From an uncultured Gammaproteobacteria bacterium (lineage in GTDB: Bacteria > Patescibacteriota > Microgenomatia > Levybacterales > GWA1-39-11), in contig CAYRUR010000002.1 of the NCBI GenBank assembly GCA_964427615.1, forward strand, positions 81,847-145,846: 64,000 nucleotides of DNA, written 5' to 3'. A program made the position numbers and the translations under genes. This document shows positions 47,839-58,089 of the stretch, one piece after another; the first letter of the stretch is position 1; each line of letters starts with the position of its first letter. The notes below the pieces were generated by a model. The model made no database searches. It was given only the letters and a program-made list of their open reading frames with translations, and was not told the DNA's origin.

Positions 47839-49149
47839 TCAAATATGAAATCTGCCAAATAAAAGCTTAGAATTACCGTTTGGACGAGGCGGCATGGTAT
47901 GCAATTCAAATACCAGTGGATTCTTTTCTTTACGTAATAACCCTCTTGTATCAAGAATAGGAACGCCATACTGCAATAAATCTTTATAGGGAATAACTTT
48001 ATGATCAGTAACAATAATCAAAAGGTCTGTATTTTTAACATTTTCTTCTTTCAAAGCACTATTTTGTAATCCTTCAAATTCCGCAACATAGGGATCATGA
48101 TAGGATACTTCTACTCCATATTGCTGAAGCTTATGAGTAATCACTGTTGCTACTGATTCTCTCGTGTCTGCCACATCTGGCTTGTAAGTTACTCCCAACA
48201 ACATCACTCGTTTTTTGCCCCCATGTCCATTTGTTTGGGCAAGTATTTGCATTGTTCTGTCAACCACTTTAAGTGGCTGTCCTTCATTAACATACCCTGC
48301 CAACTCTACCATGGACAGTGAAAGGCCATGTTGTTTTGCATCCTCTACTAAATAAAAAGGATCTACAGGGATACAATGTCCTCCCACTCCTGGTCCCGGA
48401 TAATGAGGCATAAAAGCAAAAGGCTTTGTACCTGCTGCCTCTATCACTTCCCAAATATCTATCCCTACACTTCTTGAATAGTCAGCTATTTGATTCATAA
48501 GACTGATATTCACGAGTCTAAATGTGTTTTCTAAGAGTTTTGACATCTCCGCTGTCTCTAAAGTAGAGACAACAAATACTTCTTTTACCATTGTCTTATA
48601 AAACTGTTCTGCAATTGCTATTGAGTACTCTCCGTACCCTCCCACAACTTTAGGAATATCACGAAATGAGTAGATTGTATTTCCAGGATCAATTCTCTCT
48701 GGAGAATAAGAAAGAAAGAAATCAATATCTGGCACAAGCCCTGACTTTTCAAGAATAGGCAAGGCAACCATACGGGTAGTACCAGGAGCAATAGAGCTCT
48801 CCACGGTTATCAGCTGTCCTGGTCTTAAATAAGTAGCAACTGTTTCAAATGCTTGTTTAAATGGTTGAAGGTCGGGGATTTTTAGTGCATCTACTGGAGT
48901 GGGTACACTCACACATACAACATCACAAGAAGAAAGCTTTGAAAAATCGACAGTTGCAGAAAAGCGGGGAATATGCATACTCTTAACCCTTTCAACAGCT
49001 TGGGAAGCCGTATCAAAACCAAGCACCTCATATCCTGCTTCGCTTGCACCTTGCCCTAAGGTCTTGCCTACATACCCTACACCCACTATACCTACTCGGG
49101 CCTTTTTGTTAATAATCTTGCCATATAACTCCCCCTTTTTTTCCATCAA
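47839..49149 (-). CDS. UDP-glucose/GDP-mannose dehydrogenase-family nucleotide-sugar dehydrogenase
   Basis: 436 aa; VGIVGVGYVG, GGHCIPVD catalytic Cys. Confidence 0.8.
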   Translation of the reverse strand: MMEKKGELYGKIINKKARVGIVGVGYVGKTLGQGASEAGYEVLGFDTASQAVERVKSMHIPRFSATVDFSKLSSCDVVCVSVPTPVDALKIPDLQPFKQAFETVATYLRPGQLITVESSIAPGTTRMVALPILEKSGLVPDIDFFLSYSPERIDPGNTIYSFRDIPKVVGGYGEYSIAIAEQFYKTMVKEVFVVSTLETAEMSKLLENTFRLVNISLMNQIADYSRSVGIDIWEVIEAAGTKPFAFMPHYPGPGVGGHCIPVDPFYLVEDAKQHGLSLSMVELAGYVNEGQPLKVVDRTMQILAQTNGHGGKKRVMLLGVTYKPDVADTRESVATVITHKLQQYGVEVSYHDPYVAEFEGLQNSALKEENVKNTDLLIIVTDHKVIPYKDLLQYGVPILDTRGLLRKEKNPLVFELHTMPPRPNGNSKLLFGRFHI

Positions 49150-49260
49150 CTAACGCCTTTCCCCGTCTCCTCTTGGTAATGTAATGATTAGAAGACATTT
49201 TTCACTATAGAGGTAGAAGTTAAAAATAAAATCAAAAGTAAATAATGATTGTGTAAGAAG

Positions 49261-50058
49261 TTACTTCTTATTAACAATAAGGGAAAGAAGAAAAAGAAAA
49301 AGAGCTATCAAAACAATAGATCCTCCTGCTGCCAAATCAAAGTAAAAGGACATAACTACACCACTTATCACAGAAAAAATAGAAATAATCTCAGCAATTA
49401 CAATGGTGTGCAAGAAATCTTTTTTAAATTGTAAAGCAGTAATAACCGGAATAACGACCAGTGCGGAGATGAGCAAAACACCAAGAATAGGAATAGCCAG
49501 AGCGACCGTAAGTGCTGCTAGAATAATAAAGAGAATATTAATAAAGGTTACCGGAATTCCACCAACACGTGCTGATTGTTCGTCAAAAGATACATATACC
49601 AACTCTTTAAAAAACGCCACTACCAACCCGATTATGACAATTCCTAAAATTGCAATACGCACGACATCTGTTTCTCTCACCGCTAAAATGCTACCGAACA
49701 AAAAATTAAAAAGATTTGTATTAAATCCATTGGCAAAGCCTATCAAAACAACTGCCACCGCAAGGCTTCCTGATAGAAAAATAGATAGTGCTGATTCTCC
49801 ATATACTCGTTTGGAAATACGCAATCGTTCAATAGCCACTGATGAAAAAACAGCGGCAATCATCGCAGTAAGCACTGGACTTACACCCAGTAAAAGCCCT
49901 ATAGCTACACCTGCCAATGACACATGAGAAAGAGTGTCAGCAATCAGCGAATAACGACGCAATACCAGAAAAATACCGATAAGAGGAGCAATTACTCCTA
50001 TCACGAGTCCTGCTTGAAGTCCTCTAATAATAAAATCGTATGCAAAAATATCAATCAT
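49261..50058 (-). CDS. metal (Zn/Mn) ABC transporter permease
   Basis: 265 aa polytopic; operon with ATPase and SBP. Confidence 0.75.
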   Translation of the reverse strand: MIDIFAYDFIIRGLQAGLVIGVIAPLIGIFLVLRRYSLIADTLSHVSLAGVAIGLLLGVSPVLTAMIAAVFSSVAIERLRISKRVYGESALSIFLSGSLAVAVVLIGFANGFNTNLFNFLFGSILAVRETDVVRIAILGIVIIGLVVAFFKELVYVSFDEQSARVGGIPVTFINILFIILAALTVALAIPILGVLLISALVVIPVITALQFKKDFLHTIVIAEIISIFSVISGVVMSFYFDLAAGGSIVLIALFLFLLSLIVNKK

Positions 50059-50822
50059 AATATATGTGGACCCGCTACATATTTAATATCTCTTCCATAC
50101 AACTTTTCCAGATAATTCCCTTTTACAAATGTTTCAGTCGCACCATGATACACTAATGTTTGGTTAATACAGGCAATTTCCGTAACCTCATTTGCGACAA
50201 CTCCTATATCATGAGAAACCAAGACTAATGTGAGGTTTAACTTTTGATTCAATTTTCTCAATAAAGTATAAAAGTCTATTTGATTTTTCACATCTACTCC
50301 TGCTGTGGGCTCATCCAGAAAAATAATTTCCGGTTCTCCTGCTAAAGCACGTGCAATGAAAACTCTCTGCTGCTGACCACCGGACAAATCACCTATTCTT
50401 CTCTTAGCAAATTCCTGCATTTCCACTTGTTCCAAAGACCGGTCTATAATTTTTCTATCTTCTTGCGTCAACCAATGAAACAAACCTTTTTTGGCATACC
50501 GTCCCATGGCAACCACTTCTTCAACAGTAATAGGAAATCGGGAATCAAAATTGTGAAATTTTTGAGGAATATAGCCTAATTTTGATTTATCTTTAAATCG
50601 ATTAATAGGTTGTCCAAAGAGTTTTATCTCTCCTTCCTTTATAGGTAAAAGACCTAGTATGAGTCTTAACAAGGTTGACTTTCCTCCTCCGTTGGGGCCG
50701 ATAATTCCTAAGTAATCTCCTCTATGAATTGCAAAAGAGATATCTTTTAACACCAACTCTTTGGCATAAGAAAAAGAGATATGAGAAATTTCTATGATAT
50801 TTTCTGAATGATCTAGTTGCAT
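50055..50822 (-). CDS. metal ABC transporter ATP-binding protein
   Basis: Walker A GPNGGGKST, signature LSGGQQQR. Confidence 0.85.
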   Translation of the reverse strand: MQLDHSENIIEISHISFSYAKELVLKDISFAIHRGDYLGIIGPNGGGKSTLLRLILGLLPIKEGEIKLFGQPINRFKDKSKLGYIPQKFHNFDSRFPITVEEVVAMGRYAKKGLFHWLTQEDRKIIDRSLEQVEMQEFAKRRIGDLSGGQQQRVFIARALAGEPEIIFLDEPTAGVDVKNQIDFYTLLRKLNQKLNLTLVLVSHDIGVVANEVTEIACINQTLVYHGATETFVKGNYLEKLYGRDIKYVAGPHIL

Positions 50823-51736
50823 ACCAACGCCTTTTCTAAATTCGCAAGATTAGCTTCCATGATAGTGAAATAATTTTCACCTTTTGCTTCATCTTCTGGT
50901 GTGAGTCCTTCAGCCGGATTTAAAACCAATGTTTCTACTCCTGTCTCTTGAGCTAGAGTTTGAGAAAATCGTGGACTTGTTAACTCTTCGAAAAAAATAT
51001 ACTTTACCTGCTTTTCCCGCACAAATGTTGCTAATTCAGCCAATTTTCGTGCAGAAGGCTCTTCTTCAGGACTCAGGCCTGAGATAGCCACTTGATTCAA
51101 ATTATATTCCTGAGCTAAATAACCAAAGGCTGCATGAGCGGTTACGATATCTCGTTTTTGACAAGTCGCAAGACCTTGTCTGTACGCACTATCCAACTCC
51201 TGCAAGGAAGCAATTAGTTCATCTGCATTTTTTTGATAGTAAGAAGCGTTTTTCGGATCTTCTTTTTTGAAAGCTTCTGCAATAATTGCCACTTGATGCT
51301 GCGCAAGCTCTGGACTAAGCCATACATGAGGATCAGTACTATGCTCTGCAAAAAGATTTTCATTTATCACAAGCACCTCAACATCCTTGCCTATCAAATT
51401 TTTTTGCATTGCAGGTGCCCAGACCTCAATATGACCATTCAGTAATAGAAGATCACTATGCTGTATCTTTACCACGTCTTGCGTTGTTGGCTCAAATTCA
51501 TGCGCCTCCACTCCTGCCGGAGTAATATTAATAACATGAGCATGATCACCCCCAACTACAGAGGCAAAATAATAGAGAGGGTATAAAGAAGTAACAACAT
51601 CTATTTTTCCTGTGTTACTGGAGTTATTACTCTTCTGAAGCAATAATTGTCCACCAAAAGTAAAGACAAAAACTGCGAAAACAATAACAATAAGCAAGAT
51701 AAGAATTCCTTTATTTTTAACTTTCATTCCTGACAC
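50813..51736 (-). CDS. metal ABC transporter substrate-binding protein (ZnuA/cluster A-I family)
   Basis: 307 aa; HVWLSP motif, signal anchor. Confidence 0.75.
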   Translation of the reverse strand: MSGMKVKNKGILILLIVIVFAVFVFTFGGQLLLQKSNNSSNTGKIDVVTSLYPLYYFASVVGGDHAHVINITPAGVEAHEFEPTTQDVVKIQHSDLLLLNGHIEVWAPAMQKNLIGKDVEVLVINENLFAEHSTDPHVWLSPELAQHQVAIIAEAFKKEDPKNASYYQKNADELIASLQELDSAYRQGLATCQKRDIVTAHAAFGYLAQEYNLNQVAISGLSPEEEPSARKLAELATFVREKQVKYIFFEELTSPRFSQTLAQETGVETLVLNPAEGLTPEDEAKGENYFTIMEANLANLEKALVCN

Positions 51737-52146
51737 CTTTCACAAACTCCAAAAAATTCTAATGAGTGACGCTTTACTAAAAAGTTTTTTTCCTGTTCTA
51801 CATTTTTTTCAAAATCTTCCACAACACAATCTGCAATATCCTGAATTGTTCCACATACTTCACAAATCAGATGATGGTGATCGGGTCTTCCAGCTAACTC
51901 ATACCTGAATTTTCCCTCATACAGCTGAATTTGTTTTGCCAGCCCTTTATCCGTAAAAGCATTGATAATACGAAAAACAGTTGCTTGATCCACCTGAATA
52001 TCATTTTTCTGCAGATGCTCTTTTATCATTGAGACATCAACAGGATTATCTGTTTTTTCCAAATATTTAAGAACTGCAATACGTGCAGGAGTCGCACGCA
52101 AAGATATTTCTTTTAACTCCCTTCGACAATCGTGTCTATTTTTCAT
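51724..52146 (-). CDS. Fur-family metalloregulator (Zur-like)
   Basis: 140 aa; HHHLICEVCG...CERC. Confidence 0.75.
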   Translation of the reverse strand: MKNRHDCRRELKEISLRATPARIAVLKYLEKTDNPVDVSMIKEHLQKNDIQVDQATVFRIINAFTDKGLAKQIQLYEGKFRYELAGRPDHHHLICEVCGTIQDIADCVVEDFEKNVEQEKNFLVKRHSLEFFGVCERCQE

Positions 52147-52187
52147 CCTATCTGGACTATATCACACATGCAAGTAAGTTGCAATAA

Positions 52188-53156
52188 TTACTTTCTTAAA
52201 GATCCTTCTACTAAGAAAAAAGCAAGATAAAGAAAAAGAAGTATCAATGCCTCTTTGCGAGAAATAGTATTTGCTGTACGACAAAAATAGAAAAAGAGTC
52301 CCAAACCGACCAGCAAAAAGAAGAAAATAACTAAAAAGCTATCCTCTACCCGTATGGTCTCTGCTCCATGTAACAAGGTCAGCACTCCAAAAAGCAAGAC
52401 ATTAGCAGCAGCTGATCCTAAGTAATCACCAAAAGCAATATCTGTTTTTTTAGAAAGCACAGACCTGACTGCAATAGAGAATTCAGGCAGATTAGTACCA
52501 AGTGAAAGAAATAAAAGACTTATATAAAAAGGAGAAATGCCAAGTATGTTTGAGAAAAAAAGAGTCTTATCAACAATAATATTGCTTGAAATAAAAACAA
52601 TACCTACCCCTGCCAGCACCTTTCCTATATCTAGAAAAGAATACCTTTTGTACGTTAAAACATCTTGAGCATTTTTTTCAAATATGCCATTCCCCCTCTG
52701 TACCAGATAAAACAAACATCCATATACAACCAAAAGTATCACTCCCTCAACATCAGTTATATGCTTGTCAATCAATAGAAAGGCTGGAAGACACATGGTA
52801 AGCAAGAAAAAAATAAGTGTTTTTTTCCCTAAGTGGTTTTTTAGCTTTATTCCTTTTGCCATAATAGCCAATGCCGGAATAATAAATAAAAACATTGCTG
52901 CAATACCTCCCACTAAATTTCCAACAAATATTTCTGGCTTTCCTTCAGATACAGAGGTAAGTCCTACTGCAAATTCAGGAATAGACGTCAAAATTCCTAA
53001 CACAAAAAAAGAAATGGCAAAAGAGGAAATGTGCAGTTTTTTAGAAAATCTATCAACTGCCTGCACAATAAGCCCAGCTCCCAACCAAATAGCTACAAAA
53101 GACACAAAATAGAGAATAAGACTAGTAAGAACCATGAGCAGTTCCAGTATAGACAA
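52188..53156 (-). CDS. CaCA-family cation/Ca2+ exchanger
   Basis: 322 aa; two alpha-repeats (LTSIPEFAVG, LGTNLPEFSIA). Confidence 0.7.
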   Translation of the reverse strand: MSILELLMVLTSLILYFVSFVAIWLGAGLIVQAVDRFSKKLHISSFAISFFVLGILTSIPEFAVGLTSVSEGKPEIFVGNLVGGIAAMFLFIIPALAIMAKGIKLKNHLGKKTLIFFLLTMCLPAFLLIDKHITDVEGVILLVVYGCLFYLVQRGNGIFEKNAQDVLTYKRYSFLDIGKVLAGVGIVFISSNIIVDKTLFFSNILGISPFYISLLFLSLGTNLPEFSIAVRSVLSKKTDIAFGDYLGSAAANVLLFGVLTLLHGAETIRVEDSFLVIFFFLLVGLGLFFYFCRTANTISRKEALILLFLYLAFFLVEGSLRK

Positions 53157-53360
53157 AGCCTGAGAGGGAATGCAAGCAGGGAGAAATTCATGAATGAGAA
53201 TTGAGAATTACGAATTAAGAAAGGAGATCGGTTAGAGTTTAGTGATTAGTAGTTTATAAACTTGTTGTCTTCCAGCTCGTTAACCCGTTAGTAATCAATA
53301 AAGAATATTCTAATCACTTATTCTAAGACTTTTAACTTCTGTTCTCTTCCAAAGATATAA
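53157..53360. repeat. intergenic repeat region related to elements A/B (cggttagagtttagtgattagt is a reverse-complement variant of B module actaatcactaaac...ctaaccg)
   Basis: read from sequence. Confidence 0.5.
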
Positions 53361-53361
53361 T

Positions 53362-53862
53362 TTATACCTCCAGGCTAGCTAATACCTGAGTGGTAAGTTG
53401 AGGAATATGTTTTTCTGCCCATTTTGCCATCTCTTCTTCTTCCCTTTTTATATCCTGACACATTCGTGCTGTTTTTTCGTCTCCTAATGCATTAGCTGCA
53501 GCAACCAGTGAATCATAAGAAGCTATCTCAAATTGCTCTGTTGCATACAAGCTAATAGCTATCTTTACTGCTTTATCATGTGGCGTAATCTCACTCATTG
53601 CTCCTTTTATATTTCCCATGATTTGTGCAAGAAAACTTTTTGCTCGTGAAGTACCTGCCCCTAACTCTTCTATCCTTCTTTTCAGTCTTTCTGCTTGCTG
53701 GTCTGTTATATCTTTATGATCTCTTATTTTTTCTTGCAGTTGAGGATAGTCATCAAGATCATCTATCTGCCCATCTAAAGTGCGACTGATATCTTGCTCC
53801 ATGCCATAAGCATCATTCAGCCATTTTATATATTGCTCTTTTCTATCGCTATCATTATCCAT
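53362..53862 (-). CDS. YciE/YciF-like ferritin-fold protein (DUF892)
   Basis: 166 aa four-helix pattern. Confidence 0.55.
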   Translation of the reverse strand: MDNDSDRKEQYIKWLNDAYGMEQDISRTLDGQIDDLDDYPQLQEKIRDHKDITDQQAERLKRRIEELGAGTSRAKSFLAQIMGNIKGAMSEITPHDKAVKIAISLYATEQFEIASYDSLVAAANALGDEKTARMCQDIKREEEEMAKWAEKHIPQLTTQVLASLEV

Positions 53863-54042
53863 ACCTCATTTCATACTATCTACTAGGTGTAAGAATGATG
53901 TTCTACAATCCGTAAGAAGCGTGTAATGTACACTAAGCACTATTATTCTTTATATAAAACTCAATGCAATGATTTATTTTCAATACATAATTAAAATTAT
54001 TTTGCTTATTGACATGAAAAACTCACTCATATATATTAAAAA

Positions 54043-56073
54043 ATGAATTGCTCAATGCTTATGAAAATGTTATCTAAAAAGACTCTTCACCTTGCACTCC
54101 CTTCCTTCCTTATTCTTGCTATAGCTGCTATTATCACATCTAACAACACTAATCTCTTCAACTTTCAAGCTGATGCTGATACTGCAAATCCAGAGCCAAA
54201 AGTAATGAATAACCTTTTGTCTAACCCTTCCATGGAAGTCGAAGTAAACGGCGAAGTCGAAGCATGGGGAGCCCGTACATCAAATAATTGGGATAACACA
54301 ATTCATCACTATGGCAATGCTTCTATGCATGTAGTACCTGCTACTGACGCTTACCGCTACTCACATAATACTATTACTCTAGAAGCCGGAAAAACTTATG
54401 TACTGCAAGGCTGGGTTAAAACAGAAAATGCTTCTGGCAGTGGGGTATATATTCGTTATGCCCAAACAAACCCTACTCCAACTAAAGTCTTTACCACTGA
54501 AAAACTAAATGGAACCAATGGCTGGACAAAGGTCACCAAAACCTTCACTCTTCCAGCAGATTATGCAGCAGGACGAGTTGATATTGTTTGGGAGATAACC
54601 GCAGGAGAAGCTTGGATAGACGACGTTGCTCTTTGTGAAAATGAATGTATAGAAGGAATAGCAAATAAGCTTGCGAATTCTTCTATGGAAGTAGTAGTAA
54701 ATGGTGATGCTGAAGCATGGGGAGCGCGAGCAACCAATAACTGGGACAACGCTGTCTACCATTCCGAAACTGCTTCCATGCATGTCGTGCCTGCAAATGA
54801 CGGCTACTACTACGCACATCAAACAATTACTCTTCAAGCAGGATCCACCTATACTATACAAGGATTTATAAAAACAGAAAATGCTTCTGGAAGTGGGGTA
54901 TATATTCGTTATGCTCAAACAAACCCTACTCCAACTAAGGTCTTTACCACTGAAAAACTAACTGGAACTAATGATTGGACAAAGGTCACCAAAACCTTCA
55001 CGCTGCCTGCAGATTATGCAGCAGGACGAGTTGATATTGTTTGGGAAATCAATGCTGGTGAGGCTTGGATTGATGATGTTATGCTCTGCGAAGGAAATGG
55101 TCCTTGTGCCCAAGATACTACTGCTCTCAAAGTATGTGATGAATCAATCCATAACAAATATGTAACCACCGGCCCTGACGGACAGACATATGCCACCTGG
55201 CATCCATCCACAGACCCTGAAACAGGTTGTATCTTCGGACATGAACATGGCAACAATCCGGAAAGCGTTTTGCCAGGATACAAACCAGCATTTGGATACA
55301 CTGCAGGTCGCATGGGCATGACAGAACCACATAATGGATTTAAAGTGTATGCTTTCACTGACTACGATGATGAGAGCTGGGTCGTAACACATCACTTTGG
55401 CACAGCCGGTAGAGGCACGCTTTGTAACCAATTCCATACCATAGATGTTGCCGTAGGACAAGCTAGTGGAGAAGTACTCGCTGATCTACACACTATGGCA
55501 GATCATGGACGTTCTCGATTCTTTGATGGTCAATACATGACACCAGCAGAATGCCCTGATCAAGTAAATATCAATTCCTTTGGTATTAGAAGAATCCCTA
55601 TGTCTCCTGATGGATATGAGCCATGGTTGGTAAATGATAAGATACATCATCTTGGACTCAATGTTGCGCTTAACATCCTAACTTCAGATGCCATCATGGG
55701 CTGTGAAGATCCTACCTGTAGTGTAATGAAGCGCAATGGTACTAACACCGGTTCTCGCAGAAGATTTCAAGCGACAGTAGGATCAAACGGCTTGCAAATT
55801 AACGAAACTGTTACTACTACCAACAGCGGTATCTTTTATACTGACTCTATGGGACATGAGATGAGAATGGCTACTGATTCTGACTCTGTTATGCAATATA
55901 TCAAACCAGGATACCATGGTGAGGCAACTATTGCTCGCAGTGACCAATTGGACGCAGCTCGCGGAGGATGCTGGTACTACAACGGACAAAATGCACCTAT
56001 GGGTTGCTCAACAGGAGACTTGAACGGTGCAGATCCTCTACTCTTACCAACAGAGTTAATTGGATCTAACTAA
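54043..56073 (+). CDS. secreted protein: signal peptide, two tandem CBM-like beta-sandwich modules (~150 aa each), then ~330-aa Cys/His-rich domain of unknown function
   Basis: 676 aa; internal repeat ...ENASGSGVYIRYAQTNPTPTKVFTTEKL...TLPADYAAGRVDIVWEI... present twice. Confidence 0.7.
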   Translation: MNCSMLMKMLSKKTLHLALPSFLILAIAAIITSNNTNLFNFQADADTANPEPKVMNNLLSNPSMEVEVNGEVEAWGARTSNNWDNTIHHYGNASMHVVPATDAYRYSHNTITLEAGKTYVLQGWVKTENASGSGVYIRYAQTNPTPTKVFTTEKLNGTNGWTKVTKTFTLPADYAAGRVDIVWEITAGEAWIDDVALCENECIEGIANKLANSSMEVVVNGDAEAWGARATNNWDNAVYHSETASMHVVPANDGYYYAHQTITLQAGSTYTIQGFIKTENASGSGVYIRYAQTNPTPTKVFTTEKLTGTNDWTKVTKTFTLPADYAAGRVDIVWEINAGEAWIDDVMLCEGNGPCAQDTTALKVCDESIHNKYVTTGPDGQTYATWHPSTDPETGCIFGHEHGNNPESVLPGYKPAFGYTAGRMGMTEPHNGFKVYAFTDYDDESWVVTHHFGTAGRGTLCNQFHTIDVAVGQASGEVLADLHTMADHGRSRFFDGQYMTPAECPDQVNINSFGIRRIPMSPDGYEPWLVNDKIHHLGLNVALNILTSDAIMGCEDPTCSVMKRNGTNTGSRRRFQATVGSNGLQINETVTTTNSGIFYTDSMGHEMRMATDSDSVMQYIKPGYHGEATIARSDQLDAARGGCWYYNGQNAPMGCSTGDLNGADPLLLPTELIGSN

Positions 56074-56294
56074 ACTGACCACTCTCTTTCGCTGCTTCTA
56101 GTACATCTGTCTACCTTTTTTTTAAATTCTTCTATTCACCTATAAATTGTGTACCCAAAGTTTGAGATAAATAAAAATTATATGGGGAATGTTTTAGATA
56201 GATCTTTATCTTTCCTTTCTTTTATATGTGATGATTTTGCTGTAATAATTGAATGAAAAGGAAGATTATAAGAAAAGAAGAAAATACGACTTTA

Positions 56295-57854
56295 TTATTG
56301 GGAAGCTTTTTTCTTAGATGAAACACCCGCTTTCGATTCCTCTGGAGCAATGGGAATAGAAAAATAAAAGGTAGATCCTTTGTTTTTTTTACTTTTAACC
56401 CACATCTTTCCTTTGTGTTTTTTTACAACCTCTGAGGCAACATACAACCCTAGCCCAAATCCCCCCTTAGGATTACTACTCATTCTTTTCTCTTGAAAAT
56501 AAGGATCAAACACTTTTGAAATTGATTCTTTTGCAATACCAATACCTTCATCTTTGACACTGATAACTACATCTTTCTTACCAGTTTTTACTGATACTAC
56601 TATCTTGCTGCCCTCTTTTGAATATTTAATTGCATTGTTTATTAAATTCGTTAATACTTGTGAAAGACGAGTATAATCTCCTATCACCATTGGTTCTTTC
56701 CCGTCTTCTATACTTACTATTTCATGGGTATCATTTACAAATTGATAATTTACCATAACTTCATATACTAATTTATTAATAGAGAGTCTTTTTCTCTCAA
56801 TATCAAATTTTCCTTCTTGAATTTTCTCAACATCCAAGAGCACATTTATTAAGTAAATCGTCTTATTTGTTTGATTTTCAATTTGAGTAATGAAATAAGT
56901 ATTTTTCTTATCTTTGTTTTCCTCAAGTCTTTTTTTCAGTATCTGAGAATAGGTTTTAATCGTAGTTAGAGGGGTTTTTAATTCATGACTTGCAACACCT
57001 AAAAACTCATCTTTTTTCGACTCGGCATTTTTACGAACAGTAGCATCTCTGAAAAAAACAAGAGCACCATCCTGGATGGGGTAAATTGTTTGCTCATACC
57101 ATCTCTTTTTCGGTTCAAAGTACTCTTCAAACGTACATGATTTTTTCTTTTTTAAAGCCCTCTTGTAACGCTTTTCGTAAAGACTGCCTTTTAGATCCGG
57201 GAAAAGATCGCACACTGTTTTACCCAAAATTTCTTCTTTTTCTTTTCCAATATATTTTGCAGCTGTGTCATTTACGAATAGGTAGCGCAAATCCTTGTCA
57301 AAAATTATGACCCCGTCCGGAATTGCATTCCATATTTCTTTATCTTCTTTATTTACTGGTAAATAAGGCTCTTGAATAGGAGTATCTTTTATCACATCCT
57401 GCATTGTCAATAGGATAAACTTTGTCTTTTTCCCTACAAACGTCATTCTACGTGCGTTCCAAAGCATTTCTTTTTTACCCTTTTTAGCAATATTTTGTTC
57501 TACCCGAAAGTTCTCTAAAAAAGTATTTTTTGTAAGGACTGCCTTCAGAGCTTTTTTTATTTTTGTCACACCCAAGGAATCCTGCACCAACTCATCAAAA
57601 TACTTACCATTTACTTCTTTACCAGAAACCTGAAAGGTATCCCAGAATGCTTTATTTGATACTTTTACTCGCAGATTACTATCAAGTACTAAAAGAGGAT
57701 ATGGTATTGTTTCCATCGTTGCTTTTGCATATGCACTCTGTTCCATCAACTCTCCTATTGTTGCTCTTACAGAAGTGTTAAAAAGGCGTGATAAGTGAAT
57801 AGGGGAATTAAGAACTATCTGCAATAACGAGAGGTCATCTTTTTCTTTTTTCAT
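56295..57854 (-). CDS. cytoplasmic sensor histidine kinase (PAS-PAS-HisKA-HATPase)
   Basis: 519 aa; H-box ASHELKTPLTTIKTY. Confidence 0.75.
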   Translation of the reverse strand: MKKEKDDLSLLQIVLNSPIHLSRLFNTSVRATIGELMEQSAYAKATMETIPYPLLVLDSNLRVKVSNKAFWDTFQVSGKEVNGKYFDELVQDSLGVTKIKKALKAVLTKNTFLENFRVEQNIAKKGKKEMLWNARRMTFVGKKTKFILLTMQDVIKDTPIQEPYLPVNKEDKEIWNAIPDGVIIFDKDLRYLFVNDTAAKYIGKEKEEILGKTVCDLFPDLKGSLYEKRYKRALKKKKSCTFEEYFEPKKRWYEQTIYPIQDGALVFFRDATVRKNAESKKDEFLGVASHELKTPLTTIKTYSQILKKRLEENKDKKNTYFITQIENQTNKTIYLINVLLDVEKIQEGKFDIERKRLSINKLVYEVMVNYQFVNDTHEIVSIEDGKEPMVIGDYTRLSQVLTNLINNAIKYSKEGSKIVVSVKTGKKDVVISVKDEGIGIAKESISKVFDPYFQEKRMSSNPKGGFGLGLYVASEVVKKHKGKMWVKSKKNKGSTFYFSIPIAPEESKAGVSSKKKASQ

Positions 57855-58089
57855 CCAATCCTCTTTCTAAAATCCTAAATACTATTCTAAAAAAGATACC
57901 AACACAATAATAGTAATTTTTGTAATAATTATGTAAGAAAATTTGCATTTTTTAGGCTTTTACTATTTCAATCCTATTAATAAACTCTCATAAAAACTTA
58001 ACAAAATTGTGAGAAAGTCTTAATGCATCAACGTCACAAATATATTCTAGGACTAATGTAATGATCTCCTTACATCTCTATAAAATCAC

